Assembly (NCBI GenBank): GCA_964016885.1
Contig: OZ024756.1
Coordinates: 10,044,001-10,108,000, forward strand
Origin: Eledone cirrhosa
Lineage: Eukaryota
DNA length: 64,000 bases
Reading direction: 5' to 3'
Part shown: positions 28,160 to 41,920 of the stretch, piece by piece
How the letters are laid out: each line of letters begins with the position of its first letter
Numbering within the stretch: position 1 is the first letter of the stretch
Made by a program: the position numbers and the translations under genes
The notes under the pieces: generated by a model
Database searches by the model: none
The model's input: only the letters and a program-made list of their open reading frames with translations
What the model was told of the DNA's origin: nothing

Positions 28160-28630
28160 TCATTGTTTTCAGCACAGTAACACACACACACACAGACACA
28201 CTCTCACATACTCACTCATACACTCACACACACACTCTCACACACACACACACATACTCACTCACACATACTCACACACACACACATACTCACTCACTCA
28301 CACACACACTCACACATACTCACTCACACACTCTCACACATACTCACACACACACATATACTCACTCACTCACTCGCACACACACAAGCACGCACACACA
28401 CACTCTCACACACTCACATACACACTCTCACACACATACACTCTCACACATACTCACACACACACACACACACACACTCTCACACACACACTCACTCACT
28501 CACACACACTCTCACACATACTCATACACACACACTCACACACACACTCTCACACATACACTCTCACACATACTCACTCACACATACACTCTCACACATA
28601 CTCACTCACACAGACACTCACACACACACT
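28160..28630. repeat. (CA/CT)n microsatellite
   Basis: Seen directly. Confidence 0.95.
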
Positions 28631-29249
28631 ATGCCTCTCTTGTCAGATATTGTTAGCAATGGTTGAGTTTTTCATGATATAATTCCTATCTCAAGTTAAA
28701 CCCCAGGGCTGCCCCAGGGGATCAAAAAGAATCTCACTTCCCTTTCTCTCCTCTCTCACTCTCTATCTATCTATTTCTCTTTCTCTCTCTCTCTCTTACT
28801 CTACCCCGCCCCCCTCACTCACCCCATTCACTCCCTCCCTCTCCCATCCCTCCCCCCACTCCCCCCATTCACTCCCTCACCCCCCCATTCACTCCCTCCT
28901 ACCTCACCCCCCTCCCCTCTCTCACAATCTCTCCCTCTTTCTCAAATTAATATAAAATCTCTAAAAACAAAAGATAAATAAATGTTGTTTATTTATTCAG
29001 TCGGAGAATATATTTGTGATTATATAACAAATCTATCTCCCCCCCACTTAATGGCTTCTCATCAAATACATCCCAACAATACTCTCTCCAGCTTTCACCA
29101 GCCTCTTCCCCCACCCCAGCGGCCACCCCCACCCCCCCACCCCACCAAACATGTGTCATAAACAAAACACGAAAGAACTTCAGATAAACTTCCAAAGTAT
29201 TTTAAGTTTACAACTTGTAAAACAAGGACTTTTCTTACCACTGACTACA

Positions 29250-30896
29250 AACACACATACATACGTATACATATACATACATATATATACATATATATAT
29301 ACATATATCCATACATACGTACGCATACACATACATATATATACATATATACATACATACGTATACATACACATATATATATATATACATATATACATAC
29401 ATACACACATACATACGTACACATACATACATATATATATATACATACATATGTATACATACACATACATATATATACATACACACACACATACATACGT
29501 ATACGTACACATACATATATATACATACATACATACGTATACATACACATACATATATATACATATATACATACATACTCACATTCGTACACATACATAC
29601 ATACGTATACATACACATACATATATATACATGTATACATACACACATACATACGTACACATACACATACATATATATATACATACATACATACGTATAC
29701 ATACACATACATATATATACATATATACATATATACACACATACATATACATATATATATACATACATACATACGTATCATACACATACATATATATACA
29801 TATATACATACATACACACATACATACGTACACATACATATATATACATACATACGTACATACATACACATACATATATATACATATATGCATACATACA
29901 CACATACACATACATATATATATACATACATACATACGTATACATACACATACATATATATATATACATATATACATACATACATACGTACACATACACA
30001 TACATATATATATACATACGTATACATACACATACATATATATACATATATACATACATACACACATACATACATACACATACATATATATATATACATA
30101 CATACGTATACATACACATACATATATATACATACATACACACATACATATACATATATATATACATACATACATACGTATACATACACATACATATATA
30201 TACATATATACATACATACACACATACATACGTACACATACATATATATACATACATACGTACATACATATACATATATATACATATATACATACATACA
30301 CACATACATACGTACACATACACATACATATATATACATACATACATACGTATACATACACATACATATATATATATACATACATACACACAATCATACG
30401 TACACATACATATATATATATACATACATACATACGTATACATACACATACATATATATACATATATACATACATACACACATACATACGTACACATACA
30501 CATACATATATATATACATACATACATACATACGTATACATACACATACATATATATGCATATATACATACATACACACATACATACGTATACATACACA
30601 TATATATATACATACATAAACACATACATACACATACATATATACACATACATATGTACATACATACACATACATACGTACATACACATACATATATACA
30701 CATACATATGTACATACATACACGTACATATGTACACATAAACATAAACATACATGTATACACACATACATATATACATACATACTCATATATACACAAA
30801 CATACATACAAATACGCATATACACATACATACACATATACGCACACACATACATACATACGTATGTACACATATACATAGACATACACACACATA
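29250..30896. repeat. (CATA/TA)n compound microsatellite
   Basis: Seen directly; source of the 576-aa artefact ORF. Confidence 0.97.
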
Positions 30897-31505
30897 TGGT
30901 GGCTGCCAACTCGTTTTCGAGTACGGCCACTACTTTATATCCATGTAGGAGAACCCCTACCGATGCGCTGAACAAGTGTGACTTTTTAGTCCAGCCAGCG
31001 ACTTGAAAACTCTGGTACAAACACTACACTTGTGACAATTATTGACACATAGTGCTGGGCCCATGGTACCATGTGACAACAAGAGCAGAGAGCTCTCCAG
31101 ATATAAAGCAATGCCTGTGCCGTGAAGCTTTTATAGTGAGCAAAGGCACTGCACAAAGCCAGTCCCACTCTCTTAACCAAGATGATATTTACCAAAAAGA
31201 AGAACAAGTCAACATCATTGGATACCATGAGGGTTGCAGGTGTTATATCAGAGTTTTCCTTCTCCTAGAATTCTGCTTTGACAAAGGCTAAGGGGTCATC
31301 TCTCCCGGTGATTTTGGATGGCCATTGACTCTTAAGAGCTCCTTTGCCCTTTGACAGGTTTTGTTTTTAGTCCTGCAGGATGTCCAAAGTCACCCTCCTC
31401 ACCAAGAAACCTTGGTGGGGTTGCCAGTTTAGTCGCCAACGACCCGACCATGAGACAGGTTGTACTGGGATACATGTTACCAGTAGCACCAACTGGTGAC
31501 CTGAC
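30897..31505 (-). mobile_element. Second copy of the ~600-bp RTE-related repeat
   Basis: Near-identical to 18351-18945. Confidence 0.75.
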
Positions 31506-31619
31506 ACACACATATACACATATACATACATACACAAACATATACACACATACATCATCATCATCATTGACTACACATGCAACACCACAATTGTAGGGGC
31601 TAGTGGGAAGTCAAACCCA

Positions 31620-33432
31620 CAACAATGGATTCTACTTAGGGCACAAGACCAACAATTGGAGGAGGGAGGAAAGTCAATTAAATTGGTCCCAGTACATTAC
31701 TGGTAATTTATTTTATTGACCCCTCCACTGGCACTTCTTCACCCATACAACATATCACTCTTTAGTAGTAACTCCCCAAGAAAAAGGCAAAGTTAACCTC
31801 GGCGGGATTTGAACACAGATCATAAAGGGCCGTAACTCTATGCTGGAAAGCATGGCGTCCGACTCTCTACCAATACTGCCAATCTACCGCCACTAAATTA
31901 TTAATAATTGTTTCTACTTTGGGCACAAGGCCAGCAATTATTCTAGTATATTACTGGTACTTTATTTTATCGTCCCCCGTAAAGATGAAAGGCAAAGTTA
32001 ACCTCGGCGGGATTTGAACTCAGATCATAAAGGGCCGTAACTCTATGCTGGAAAGCATGGCGTCCGACTCTCTACCAATACTGCCAATCTACCGCCACTA
32101 AATTATTAATAATTGTTTCTACTTTTGGCACAAGGCCAGCAATTACCCAGTGTATTACTGGTACTTTATTTTATCGTCCCCTGTAAGGATGAAAGGCAAA
32201 GTCAACCTCGGCGGGATTTGAACTCAGATCGTAAAGGGACGTAACTAAATTATTAATAACAATATACTGTATTTACCGGTCTATTGGACATTTATAGGCA
32301 TTGTACCACGTCCGTCACGATTTGTCACTCTTCATGTTTGGTCTAGGAACATAACCTCCCCCGGGGGTGACATTGACTCCAGTAGATGACAACAATAATA
32401 ATTGTTTCTACTTTAGGCACAAGGCCAGCAATTAACCCAGTAGTGTATTACTGGTACTTTATTTTATCGACCCCGTAAGGATGAAAGGCAAAGTTAACCT
32501 CGGCGGGATTTGAACTCAGATCATAAAGGGAGGTAACTCTATGCTTCAAAGAATGGCGCCCGACCCTCTACCAATACTGCCAATCCACCATGACAACAAT
32601 AATAATAATATTTTATTTAGGCACAAGGGTAGCAATTTAGGGAGGTGAAAATTGATTGTATCAAGTCAAGTATTTTACTGGTATTTATTTTATGGGACCC
32701 CATCCAAGAAAGATGAAAGGTAAAGTTGACCTCGGGATTTGAACTCAAAATGTAAAGGGGCCAGAAGAACATGCAAAATATTTTATCTGACGCTCTGCCA
32801 ATTCTGTCAATCCTCTGCCCTCATCTTAATAATTGTTTCTACTTTAGGCACAAGGCCAGCAATAACCCAGTGCATTACTGGTACTTTATTTTATCGACCC
32901 CGTAAGGATGAAAGGCAAAGTCAACCTCGGCGGGATTTGAACTCAGATCGTAAAGAGACGTAACTATGCTGGAAAGCATGGCGTCCGACCCTCTACCGAT
33001 ACTGCCAAATGGTCCCTTATATTATTAAATCCTTCTAAATTATTTAAGGGACCGAAACACTTTGCCAGCAATCGGCAGAATGGCAGACACCATGCTTTGC
33101 GGCCCTTTACATTCAGAGTTCAAATCCCGCCGAGGTTAGCTTCACCTTTCATCCTTACGACGTCGATAAAATAAAGTACCAGTAATGCACTGGGGTCGAT
33201 TTGGTCGACTTGCCCCTCCACCCAAATTGCTGGACTTGTGTCTATACTAGAAATCATTATTACTAGTGTCGGATGCCATGCTTTGGCGCATAGAGTTACG
33301 GCCCTTGCCATTCTGAGTTCAAATCCCGCTGAGGTTAACTTTGCCTTTCATCCTTACAGGGTCGATAAAATAAAGTACCAGTAATGTACTGGGTAATTGA
33401 TGGCCTTGTGCCTAACGTAGAAACAATTATTA
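31620..33432. mobile_element. Cluster of about 8-9 SINE family A copies (minus-strand run, then plus-strand copies)
   Basis: Repeated GAAAGGCAAAGTTAACCTCGGCGGGATTTGAACTCAG; 205-bp tandem duplication at 31786/31991; plus-strand copies ~33060-33432. Confidence 0.9.
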
Positions 33433-33608
33433 CTTTTATATACTTTTTATTTTATTTTATTTCAATTTTGTTTTTCATTTCTATTTTTTTATTTTTATAA
33501 TTGCTTTTAATTTTGTTTTAAAATTATATTTTGATTTTTTTAATTTTATTTTTAATTTTTTTTTTTTTTTTAAATATTTTATTTTTATTTTATTATTTTG
33601 TCCTTCAG

Positions 33609-33758
33609 GTTATTCCATAGTGACACCATCAACCAATTTATTACTGAGTAACGTCCAAGTTGTAGATGCTGGTATCTATAAATGTGTTGCTAGAAACCCT
33701 CTTACTAATGAAACTTCTATATCAACTCAAACAGTAACACTTAATGTTATCTCACTAG
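33609..33758 (+). CDS. ihog: Ihog/Boi (CDON/BOC family) exon: C-terminal half of an Ig domain
   Basis: Acceptor ttttgtccttcag and donor G|GTAAGT; 150 nt, phase 1/1. Reads YSIVTPSTNLLLSNVQVVDAGIYKCVARNPLTNETSISTQTVTLNVISL with the Ig D-x-G-x-Y-x-C motif. Confidence 0.9.
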
Positions 33759-33797
33759 GTAAGTAAGATTATTATCTTTGCTTTTAACCCTTTAGCA

Positions 33798-34313
33798 CAG
33801 CAGTTGCCAACTGGTGGTCCACAGAAAAATATTTGTTTCTACTTTTGGTACAAGGCCAGCAATTACCCCAGTGCATTACTGGTAGTTTATTTTATCGACC
33901 CTCAAAGTTAACCTTGGCGGGATTTGGACTCAGAACGCGAAGGGCCATAACTCTGTGCTGCAAAGCATGGTGCCTGACCCTCTACTGCCAAATAATAAAA
34001 CAAAAATAATATTCGGTTGAAATATATTCTATAACACCCCTAAAAAATCTTTCTCCTCAGTAAAGAACTAACATCCATGAAAGAATTTTACACATATGTA
34101 TCACCTATTGACAATATGACACAGGTACACATCAGTATTGTTTAATAAAATAGAAGTTCTCTGATCATTATTTTACACCTATATATCACCTATTGACAAT
34201 ATGACACATGTACACCTCAGTATTGTTTTGACTATTGATTCATATTAGTGATCCACGGGATTTAGAATTATGAATTTAGTGGTCCATGAAGTGCGAAGGG
34301 CTGGGAAACGCTG
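33798..34313 (-). mobile_element. hAT MITE (same family as 7433) nested in a piggyBac MITE
   Basis: CAG...CTG termini; perfect 8-bp TSD CTTTAGCA (33790-33797 and 34314-34321); carries a SINE A at ~33833-33990. Confidence 0.85.
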
Positions 34314-34739
34314 CTTTAGCATTTAAACTGGCCATATCCAGCCAGAATTCTCTTACTGCTTTCTGTTCAAATTGGCTGTAACCAGTTGCTCATACTGATG
34401 TTAAGGTATGGTTCTCAAAATAAATATCAAAATCTCATAGATTCAATATTAAGTGAGATAATTATGTAAGATAAAGCCTTTACCACAAAAATACAATAGT
34501 ATATATAGAATAGTGTAAATGCTAAAGGGTTAATGTATCTCACCACCATCATCATCATTTAACGTCCCATTTCCTTGCTAGTAAGGGTTGGGCAAGTCCT
34601 CACAAACGAAATCAGTGCTCCAGCAGAGTTATTGACCTCTCAGATCAGCCAGGCATCTAAACAAACACATAAATATAGAGAGAGATATGTAAAATCCTGG
34701 CCATTGCACCAAGTGGTGTAGTAATATTTGTAGGGTATG

Positions 34740-34785
<46 letters not shown>

Positions 34786-35478
34786 GATAAATCTACCAAA
34801 ATGTACGGTAGTGTCCAATACGTATGAAGAATTCAATGTAATCCGAATATCATGAAAAGAGAAGATGTATTCAAACATTTTTTTTTTTCCAATGAAAAAT
34901 ACAGGAAAACAGAGTCAAGATAAATTAATAAAAATGATGAATAAAAACAAAGAAACAATTCCTTATATTAAAAAATTCATCATTTTACGATCGTTTCTAG
35001 GATATATATGTTTGTGTTGGTATGTATATCATATAGATCTATGTAAAATTTTTACAAACTATCAGAGGGAATATACATACCTACACATATATATGCTGTC
35101 TTCAGAAATAATGATATTTGTTTATTGAAAAAACCCAACAAAAATTTAATATAATAGGTCTGTTTGGGAACAGGTTTTGAATTGACCATATATATATATG
35201 GTCAAATGAGATTTTATAGTTCACATCAAGATAGGTAAAAGACTGTCCAGAGTTTAATCCAATCAGTCAATTTCCAGTCCCAGTAATTTTACAATATTAT
35301 AAGTGTTCAGTGATCATCTTATGGGCATGTGTTGGTAAATACTAATGTTATTTAATAGATTCTGAAGAGATTAATATTGCAGGAATAGTCCTGTTATGTT
35401 AATTGTAACAACAGGATTATTTATTCTTGCTATATACATAATGATTTATTTTAATCCTGGTTATTTTTTCTTCATTTT

Positions 35479-35647
35479 TATATATATCACCATTATTATT
35501 TAACATTATATATATCACCATTATTATTTAACATTATATATATCACCATTATTATTTAACATTATATATATCACCATTATTATTTAACATTATATATATC
35601 ACCATTATTATTTAACATTATATATATCACCATTATTATTTAACATA
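35479..35647. repeat. 28-bp minisatellite x6 abutting a SINE A (35649-35845, +)
   Basis: Unit TATATATCACCATTATTATTTAACATTA; ATTATTATTTAACAT flanks the SINE on both sides. Confidence 0.9.
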
Positions 35648-35922
35648 AAGGGCGGTGGATTGGCAGTATCGGTAGAGAGTCGGACGCCATGCTTTGACGC
35701 ATAGAGTTACGGCCCTTGCCATTCTGAGTTCAAATCCCGCCGAGGTTAACTTTGCCTTTCATCCTTACGGGGGTCGATAAAATAAAGTACCAGTAATGCA
35801 CTGGGTAATTGCTGGCCTTGTGCCTAACGTAGAAACAATTATTATTTAACATGCATTTTCCCTACTAACAAGAGTTGGCTGGGTCATCCTAGAGTGTTGG
35901 TACTCCAGCAGGGCCCTATCTA

Positions 35923-37097
35923 TCTATATAAAAGAGAGATGTTTATAGGTCGGTTGAATCACACGAAAACTACACACACACACATCTAAAGAGAGAGAGA
36001 GACACACACATCTAAAGAGAGAGAGAGACACACACATCTAAAGAGAGAGAGACACACACAGAGGGAAAGACAGAGAGAGAGAGACACACAGAGGGAGAGA
36101 GATAGACAGTTACTGCTTACCAGGGGCAGGTTGGTACATGACGACGGTTTTCTTGAGACTGACAGTCAATCCTAGGGCAGTGCAAGCGTCAGAAAATGCA
36201 TTCAAAATGTGCTGCATATCAGTGTGCGCTACAAGACATACATAAGATCAAGAAGCTCAAGAAAGAATTTCTTCCTCATGAACCTGTACTTTATCATCAT
36301 CATCGACTTTTCCATGGTGGCATGGGTTGGACGAGGCTTTTTGAGGCAATGTTTCACACAGAGGGAGAGAGATAGACAGTTATACAGAGAGAGATAAAAT
36401 TAAAGTGTTAGATATTCAGAGAAAGAGAGAGAGAAACGTGCCGCGAAAGTCTGGAAACGGCTTAAATTATAGATCCTTTGATCTATAGGAATGTTTAACA
36501 ATATTTGTTTCTACTTTAGGCACAAGGCCAGCAATAACCCAGTTCATTACTGGTACTTTATTTTATCGACCCCGTAAGGATGAAAGGCAAAGTCAACCTC
36601 GGCGGGATTTGAACTCAGATCGTAAAGGGACGTAACTATGCTGGAAAGCATGGCGTCCAACCCTCTACCGATACTGCCAATCCACCGGAATGTTTAACAA
36701 TATTGTTTAGCTTTCATAAAGTCTTTGATTTTACAGAACAAAGAAAAACTGATACTACTTGAAATTAATCTACACTCCAGCTTTTATCCATATACTACTT
36801 ACAGTCCAAAGTAACGAAGCTAAACACTTCAGAAGCAGTGTTATGTGGTATATTGCTGTGCTTCAGCTGACGTCCTTTGGAGTGAAAAAGATCACTGACT
36901 ATGGTTATTTCACAACATTCAAAATCTAAGGCCAATGCTGCCATTGCCTAATAAGGAAGTTTTATGATTGTTTTATTTATGTCTCTCTCATCCACATTAC
37001 AATCTCACCTCATTCCAGACACCACATCCAATACAGTCGTTTTCTCTTTTATCCATCTTCTCTATTCGCCCGGGTGAAGCCGGGGTACCTCAGCTAG
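35923..37097 (+). mobile_element. Non-autonomous Helitron-like element with SINE insertion
   Basis: 5' TCTATATAAAAGAGAG...AATCACACGAAAACTAC; 3' hairpin CCCGGGTGAAGCCGGG plus CTAG|T; SINE A at 36505-36687. Confidence 0.65.
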
Positions 37098-37191
37098 TAT
37101 CTCTATATATCTATGTCTATCTCTACCTCTCATTTCTCCATCCTCTATATATCTATCTGTCAATATTTCTCCATCTCCTTGTTTTTTTCAG

Positions 37192-37371
37192 ACTCTGCTG
37201 AGAACCAAGCTCCATTTATATTTGGCTCAAAGAAACCAACCATTCTCAATGTTCCCGAAGGAGACACTATAGTTTTGGAATGTGCTGCTTATGCAAAACC
37301 TTTACCAAAGATTACCTGGAGAAAATATGGTGGGCAATTAACACATGATAAAAGAGAAGCCAGACTTTCAG
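37192..37371 (+). CDS. ihog: Ihog exon: N-terminal half of next Ig domain
   Basis: Acceptor gtttttttcag and donor G|GTAAAC; 180 nt, phase 1/1. Reads DSAENQAPFIFGSKKPTILNVPEGDTIVLECAAYAKPLPKITWRKYGGQLTHDKREARLS (Ig B-strand Cys, P-x-P-x-I-x-W). Confidence 0.92.
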
Positions 37372-37557
37372 GTAAACAACAACAATTGTTTCTACATTTG
37401 GCACAAGGCCAGCAATTTGGAGGGGGGGGGGGGGTCGAGTAAATCTACCCCAGTGCATTACTGGTACTTTATTTTATCGACCCCCGTAAGGATGAAAGGC
37501 AAAGCTAACTTCGGCTGAATATGAGCTCAGAATGTAAAGGACCGTAACTCTATGCCG

Positions 37558-38154
37558 CTAAGCTCCTGCGATGATTAGGAAGTCATTGTCGTTTGTTAGA
37601 GCAGTAGTGTGCATTAGGGACTCGTAAAACCTATCCTTAAGTTCATCTGGCAACCCCAATTGGGGTGCGTAAGCTGATATTATTGTGGTAATTGTTTTAT
37701 TCAGGACTAGTCTGAGTTTAATGATTCTTGCATTTACCCTGTACACTGAGATTACTTTATCTACCCACTTGACAGCTAGTAGTATACCTACACCACCCAT
37801 CCCATCGTCATTTCCCATCCAGAAAAATTTGTAGCACTGACTTTTTCCTACAAGGACTCTAGCAGAGTCTCCTCTCCATCTAGTCTCTTGCACACAACAT
37901 ACATCAATTTCCTTTCGCTCTAGCATTTCTACGATTTCTCCTGCTCTTCCTTTCATTGTGCTTACATTGATGGTACCAACTCGGAGTTTTGGGCATTTGT
38001 TGACATTCGTAGGCAAAGGTCGATTTTTGCAGGGGTGTGTGTGTACTTCCTGTCTCTGGATTGGGGCTTCACATGGGTGCTTGGTAGCTCGCGGATTCAT
38101 ATTCATTTCATCTATTAATTCAGAGTTGCTCCAATTTATTCTCAGCTCATCCAT
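37558..38154 (-). mobile_element. RTE LINE 5' fragment: APE endonuclease
   Basis: LRVGTINVSTMKG...IDVCCVQETRWRG...GGVGIL...TIISAYAPQ...FLIIAG; breaks at a SINE junction. Confidence 0.92.
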
Positions 38155-39339
38155 ACATAACAGTAGGAAAATTCAGGGCTAGAAGAACAGTGGTGGTGGT
38201 AATAATGGCAGGGTGTGTTGGGCTGGGACGGGGAAGGAGAGAGTTAGGCAGTAGTAGAAATGGCAGGGTTTGTTGGGGTTGGTAGTGGGGGGGGGGGGGG
38301 GCATGCTGAGGTTTGATTGGTCGAATAGGCTATGGTGGTGGGAGGGAAATTGTGAGGTAGGTAGCCAAGTCATGGCCTGTAGCCTTTGATGGCAAAATAG
38401 ACAGATAGAGAGGCAGCATGGTAGAGAAAATGAGGGTAACAAAATAAATGTGTTGTGGAAGCTAGCGAAGTGATAAATACAGCAATAGTTGTGAGCAGAA
38501 CATTTGCAATTGGGGAAATAGGGATACCTGAAAAGATTTGTATGGATGGATAGCTGGAACGTGGTTAAGCAGCTCTAGTGATTCATTTTAGCCTTTCAGG
38601 GTCAAGTGTGTCTCATCTCTTCAATAACTTCAAGATGAGTGAGGAAGGAATGGGTGAGAGGGAAAGGGAAGTAATAGGTGGCTTAGAGATAGATAGAGAG
38701 AGGGTAGCCATCAAAGAGATAGAGAGAGGGTCGCCGACATGGCAAAATAACCGATAGAAGTGAATACAGCATGGCAAAATAACCAATAGAAGTGAATACA
38801 GGTGAATGCAACAACAATAATAATAGCTAAGTCATGGCCTGTAGCCTTTGAGGGCAAAATAGGCAGATAAAGAGGCAGCATGGTAGAGAAAATGAGGGTA
38901 ACAAAATAAATGTGTTGTGGAAGCTAGCGAAGTGATAAATACAGCAATAGTTGTGAGCAGAACATTTGCAATTGGGGAAATAGGGATACCTGAAAAGATT
39001 TGTATGGATGGTTGGAACGTGGTTAAGCAGCTCTAGTGATTCATTTTAGCCTTTCAGGGTCAAATGTTCAGAATGGGTGAGAGGGAAAGGGAGGTAATAG
39101 GTGGCTTAGAGGTAGATATAGAGAGGGTAGCCATCATTTATATATTTATTACATTTCCAGTAACTCAGTCACTGGTTCACTGCATTTACAGTACAAAATA
39201 TATACATCTGAATATATGTCATCATCATGTAAGGTGGTGGTGTAACTACTGGTGCCACAACTAATAGCACCCAGTCCACTCTGTAATGTGGTAGTACAGG
39301 TGCCACAACAAAGAACAACCAGTGATGGTGGTGGTGGTG

Positions 39340-40047
39340 ATGATCACCACTCTCAACACCACCACCACCATCATCACCACCACCACCACCCTCAACACCA
39401 CCACCACCATCATCACCACCACCACCATCACCACCACCCTCAACACCACCACCACCACTACCACCATCACCACCACCCTCAACACCACCACCACTACCAC
39501 CACCACCACCATCATCACCACCTCCACCATCATCACCACCACCATCACCATCATCACCACTACCACCATCACCATCATCATCACCACCACCACCATCATC
39601 ACCACAACCACCACCACCACACCACCACCACCACCATCATCACCACTACCACCACCACCACCATCATCACAACCATCATCACCATCACCACCACCACCCT
39701 TACCACCACCACCACCACCCTTACCACCACCTCCACCTCCACCATCACGACCACCACCACTACCATCACCAACACCGCCACCATCACCACCACCAAACTA
39801 CCACCACCATCACCACCACCATCATCACCACCAACACCATCACCACCATCTCCACCACCACCACCATCACCACCATCATCACCACCACCACACCATCACC
39901 ACCACCACTACACCACCATCACCACCACCATCATCACCACCAACACCATCACCACCATCTCCACCACCACCATCACCACCATCATCACCACCACCACCAC
40001 ACCATCACCACCACCACTACACCATCATCACCACCACCACCACCACC
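39340..40047. repeat. (CAC/CAT)n microsatellite
   Basis: Seen directly. Confidence 0.95.
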
Positions 40048-40302
40048 ATTTTTAACCTGTTTATTTTGTTTCTCTCTTCTCCAAGAACAAGAATTAGAAA
40101 AAAAATAGAATTTACTCCCCTGTCCTCATGGAATGAAATTTTGTCTTCCAGCACACCCCATCCCAGCCTTCCCACTCCTGCACCACCCCATCCTCACCCT
40201 CACACCCTGCACCGCCCCAACCCCATCCCCACCCTCACATACAATAAATGTTCGTATTCATTCCCTCACTGTCTCTACTATAAATGAAATTCTGTCTTGC
40301 AG

Positions 40303-40413
40303 GTAATTACATCATTAAGAATGTTAACTATCGTGATAAAGGGACCTACATCTGTCACGCTGATAATGGAATTGGTAACAAGGTGGAAAAAGTATTCCAA
40401 ATTGAAGTTTTTG
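40303..40413 (+). CDS. ihog: Ihog exon: C-terminal half of Ig domain
   Basis: Acceptor tctgtcttgcag and donor G|GTAACT; 111 nt, phase 1/1. Reads GNYIIKNVNYRDKGTYICHADNGIGNKVEKVFQIEVF (DKGTYIC motif). Confidence 0.92.
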
Positions 40414-41129
40414 GTAACTAATTCTTTTTTTTTTTACATCTTTGACTCCATTTTTGTTTTTTTTATTTATATTTTATTTTCTATTTTCTATTTAATTATC
40501 TAACTAATATTTATATCATCATTATCATCATCATCACTGTTTTACGCCCGTTCTTCCACGCTAGCATGGGTTAGACGGGTGTCCTGTTGGGGGCAATGCT
40601 AGGTCAGGTGACCTTGTCTTGCTCAGACGGGAACTGATTCTGGCTTGATTTCTACAGCTGGATGCCCTTCCTAACACCAACCTCATTTACAGTGAGTGCT
40701 GGGTGCTTTTTTGCCGTGGCACCTCCACGTCCACTTTGCAGTAGAATGATAGTCCCTATCATCTCATTTCTACAGCTGAGTAAACTGGAGCAATGTGAAA
40801 TAAAGTGTCTTGCTCAAGAACACAACACATCACCCAGTCTGAGAATTGAACTCACAACCTTTTGATTGCAAGCCCAATGCTCTAACCACTAAGCCATGCG
40901 CTTATACTTATATACAAATATTAATATATATATATATATAAAAATATTTATATATATATAAATATATTTATATATATTTATATATTTATATATTTATATA
41001 TATCTTTATTTTGTTTAGATGGCGGTGGGGAGATTCATTATCGTGCCACAAAAATATTTTTCATAGCATGATTGATATTTGATTAAACAAAATATTTCGG
41101 TGGAGTTTTTTTTTTTCTGGGAGGTGGGG

Positions 41130-41715
41130 TTTAAGCAATGGCATTTGGGAGTTATAATCCCAATTTTCACAAAGGGAGACAAGAGAGATTGTTCCAGTTA
41201 CAGAGAGATCTCCTTGTTAAGTCTCCCCAGTAAAGTCTATACTAAATCTGGTTTTCGCCCCAGATGCAACACAGCCAACCAAATATTCTAACTGTGGCTG
41301 GTCTTCAAGTAATCGTGGGAGTATTGCCAAGAGGTATATTCTTGTTTTGTTGACCTTCAAAAGGCATATGACTGAATTCCTTAGGACCTGCTGTGGAAGT
41401 TGCTGCCGAAATATGGGATCGATGGTCAGCTTCTTGTTGCCCTGATCCCTCTATAGAGAGTCACTCCGAATTGGGAGATCACAGCTCCAATACTTTGGTC
41501 ATGTGGTTAGAATGTCTCAGGAAAGAATCGCTGGTCATATTTTATGGACAAAACCAATTGGTAAGAGACCCAGGGGTAGACCCTAAGCAAGATGGTTGAA
41601 TAACATCCATGAACTAGGCTAGTCTCAGTTGGAGACGGTTGCTTCTGAGAGAACCTTCTAGAAGGAGTGTTTGAGTTCCTACGACTCTCTCAGGAATAAG
41701 TGAGTGAAGAAGAGG
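41130..41715 (+). mobile_element. Heavily deleted RTE LINE remnant
   Basis: IIPIFTKGDKRDCSSYREISLLSLPSKVY, GFRP, FVDLQKAYD fragments; related 3' ends at ~59870-60050 and ~61020-61093. Confidence 0.75.
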
Positions 41716-41729
41716 AATATTATTTTCTT

Positions 41730-41920
41730 AGGGCGGTGGATTGGCAGTATCGGTAGAGGGTCGGACGCCATGCTTTCCAGCATAGTTACGTCCCTTTACG
41801 ATCTGAGTTCAAATCCCGCCGAGGTTGACTTTGCCTTTCATCCTTACGGGGTCGATAAAATAAAGTACCAGTAATGTACTGGGTAATTGCTGGCCTTGTG
41901 CCTAAAGTAGAAACAATTAT
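41730..41920 (+). mobile_element. tRNA-derived SINE family A, full length (~190 bp)
   Basis: GGGCGGTGGATTGGCAGTATCGG (A box), GAGTTCAAATCCC (B box), central GCCTTTCATCCTTACGGGGTCGATAAAATAAAGTACC, tail GTAGAAACAATTATT. About 20 or more copies in the window, e.g. 9645-9833(-), 23115-23290(-), 37384-37557(-), 46881-47061(+), 60380-60660(+), 63789-63978(+). Confidence 0.92.

Noticed and set aside
39252-40287. His/Thr/Pro-rich mucin- or extensin-like ORFs (also 2004-2460)
   Set aside because: (CAC/CAT)n and (GTA/GTG)n microsatellites without supporting splice signals.
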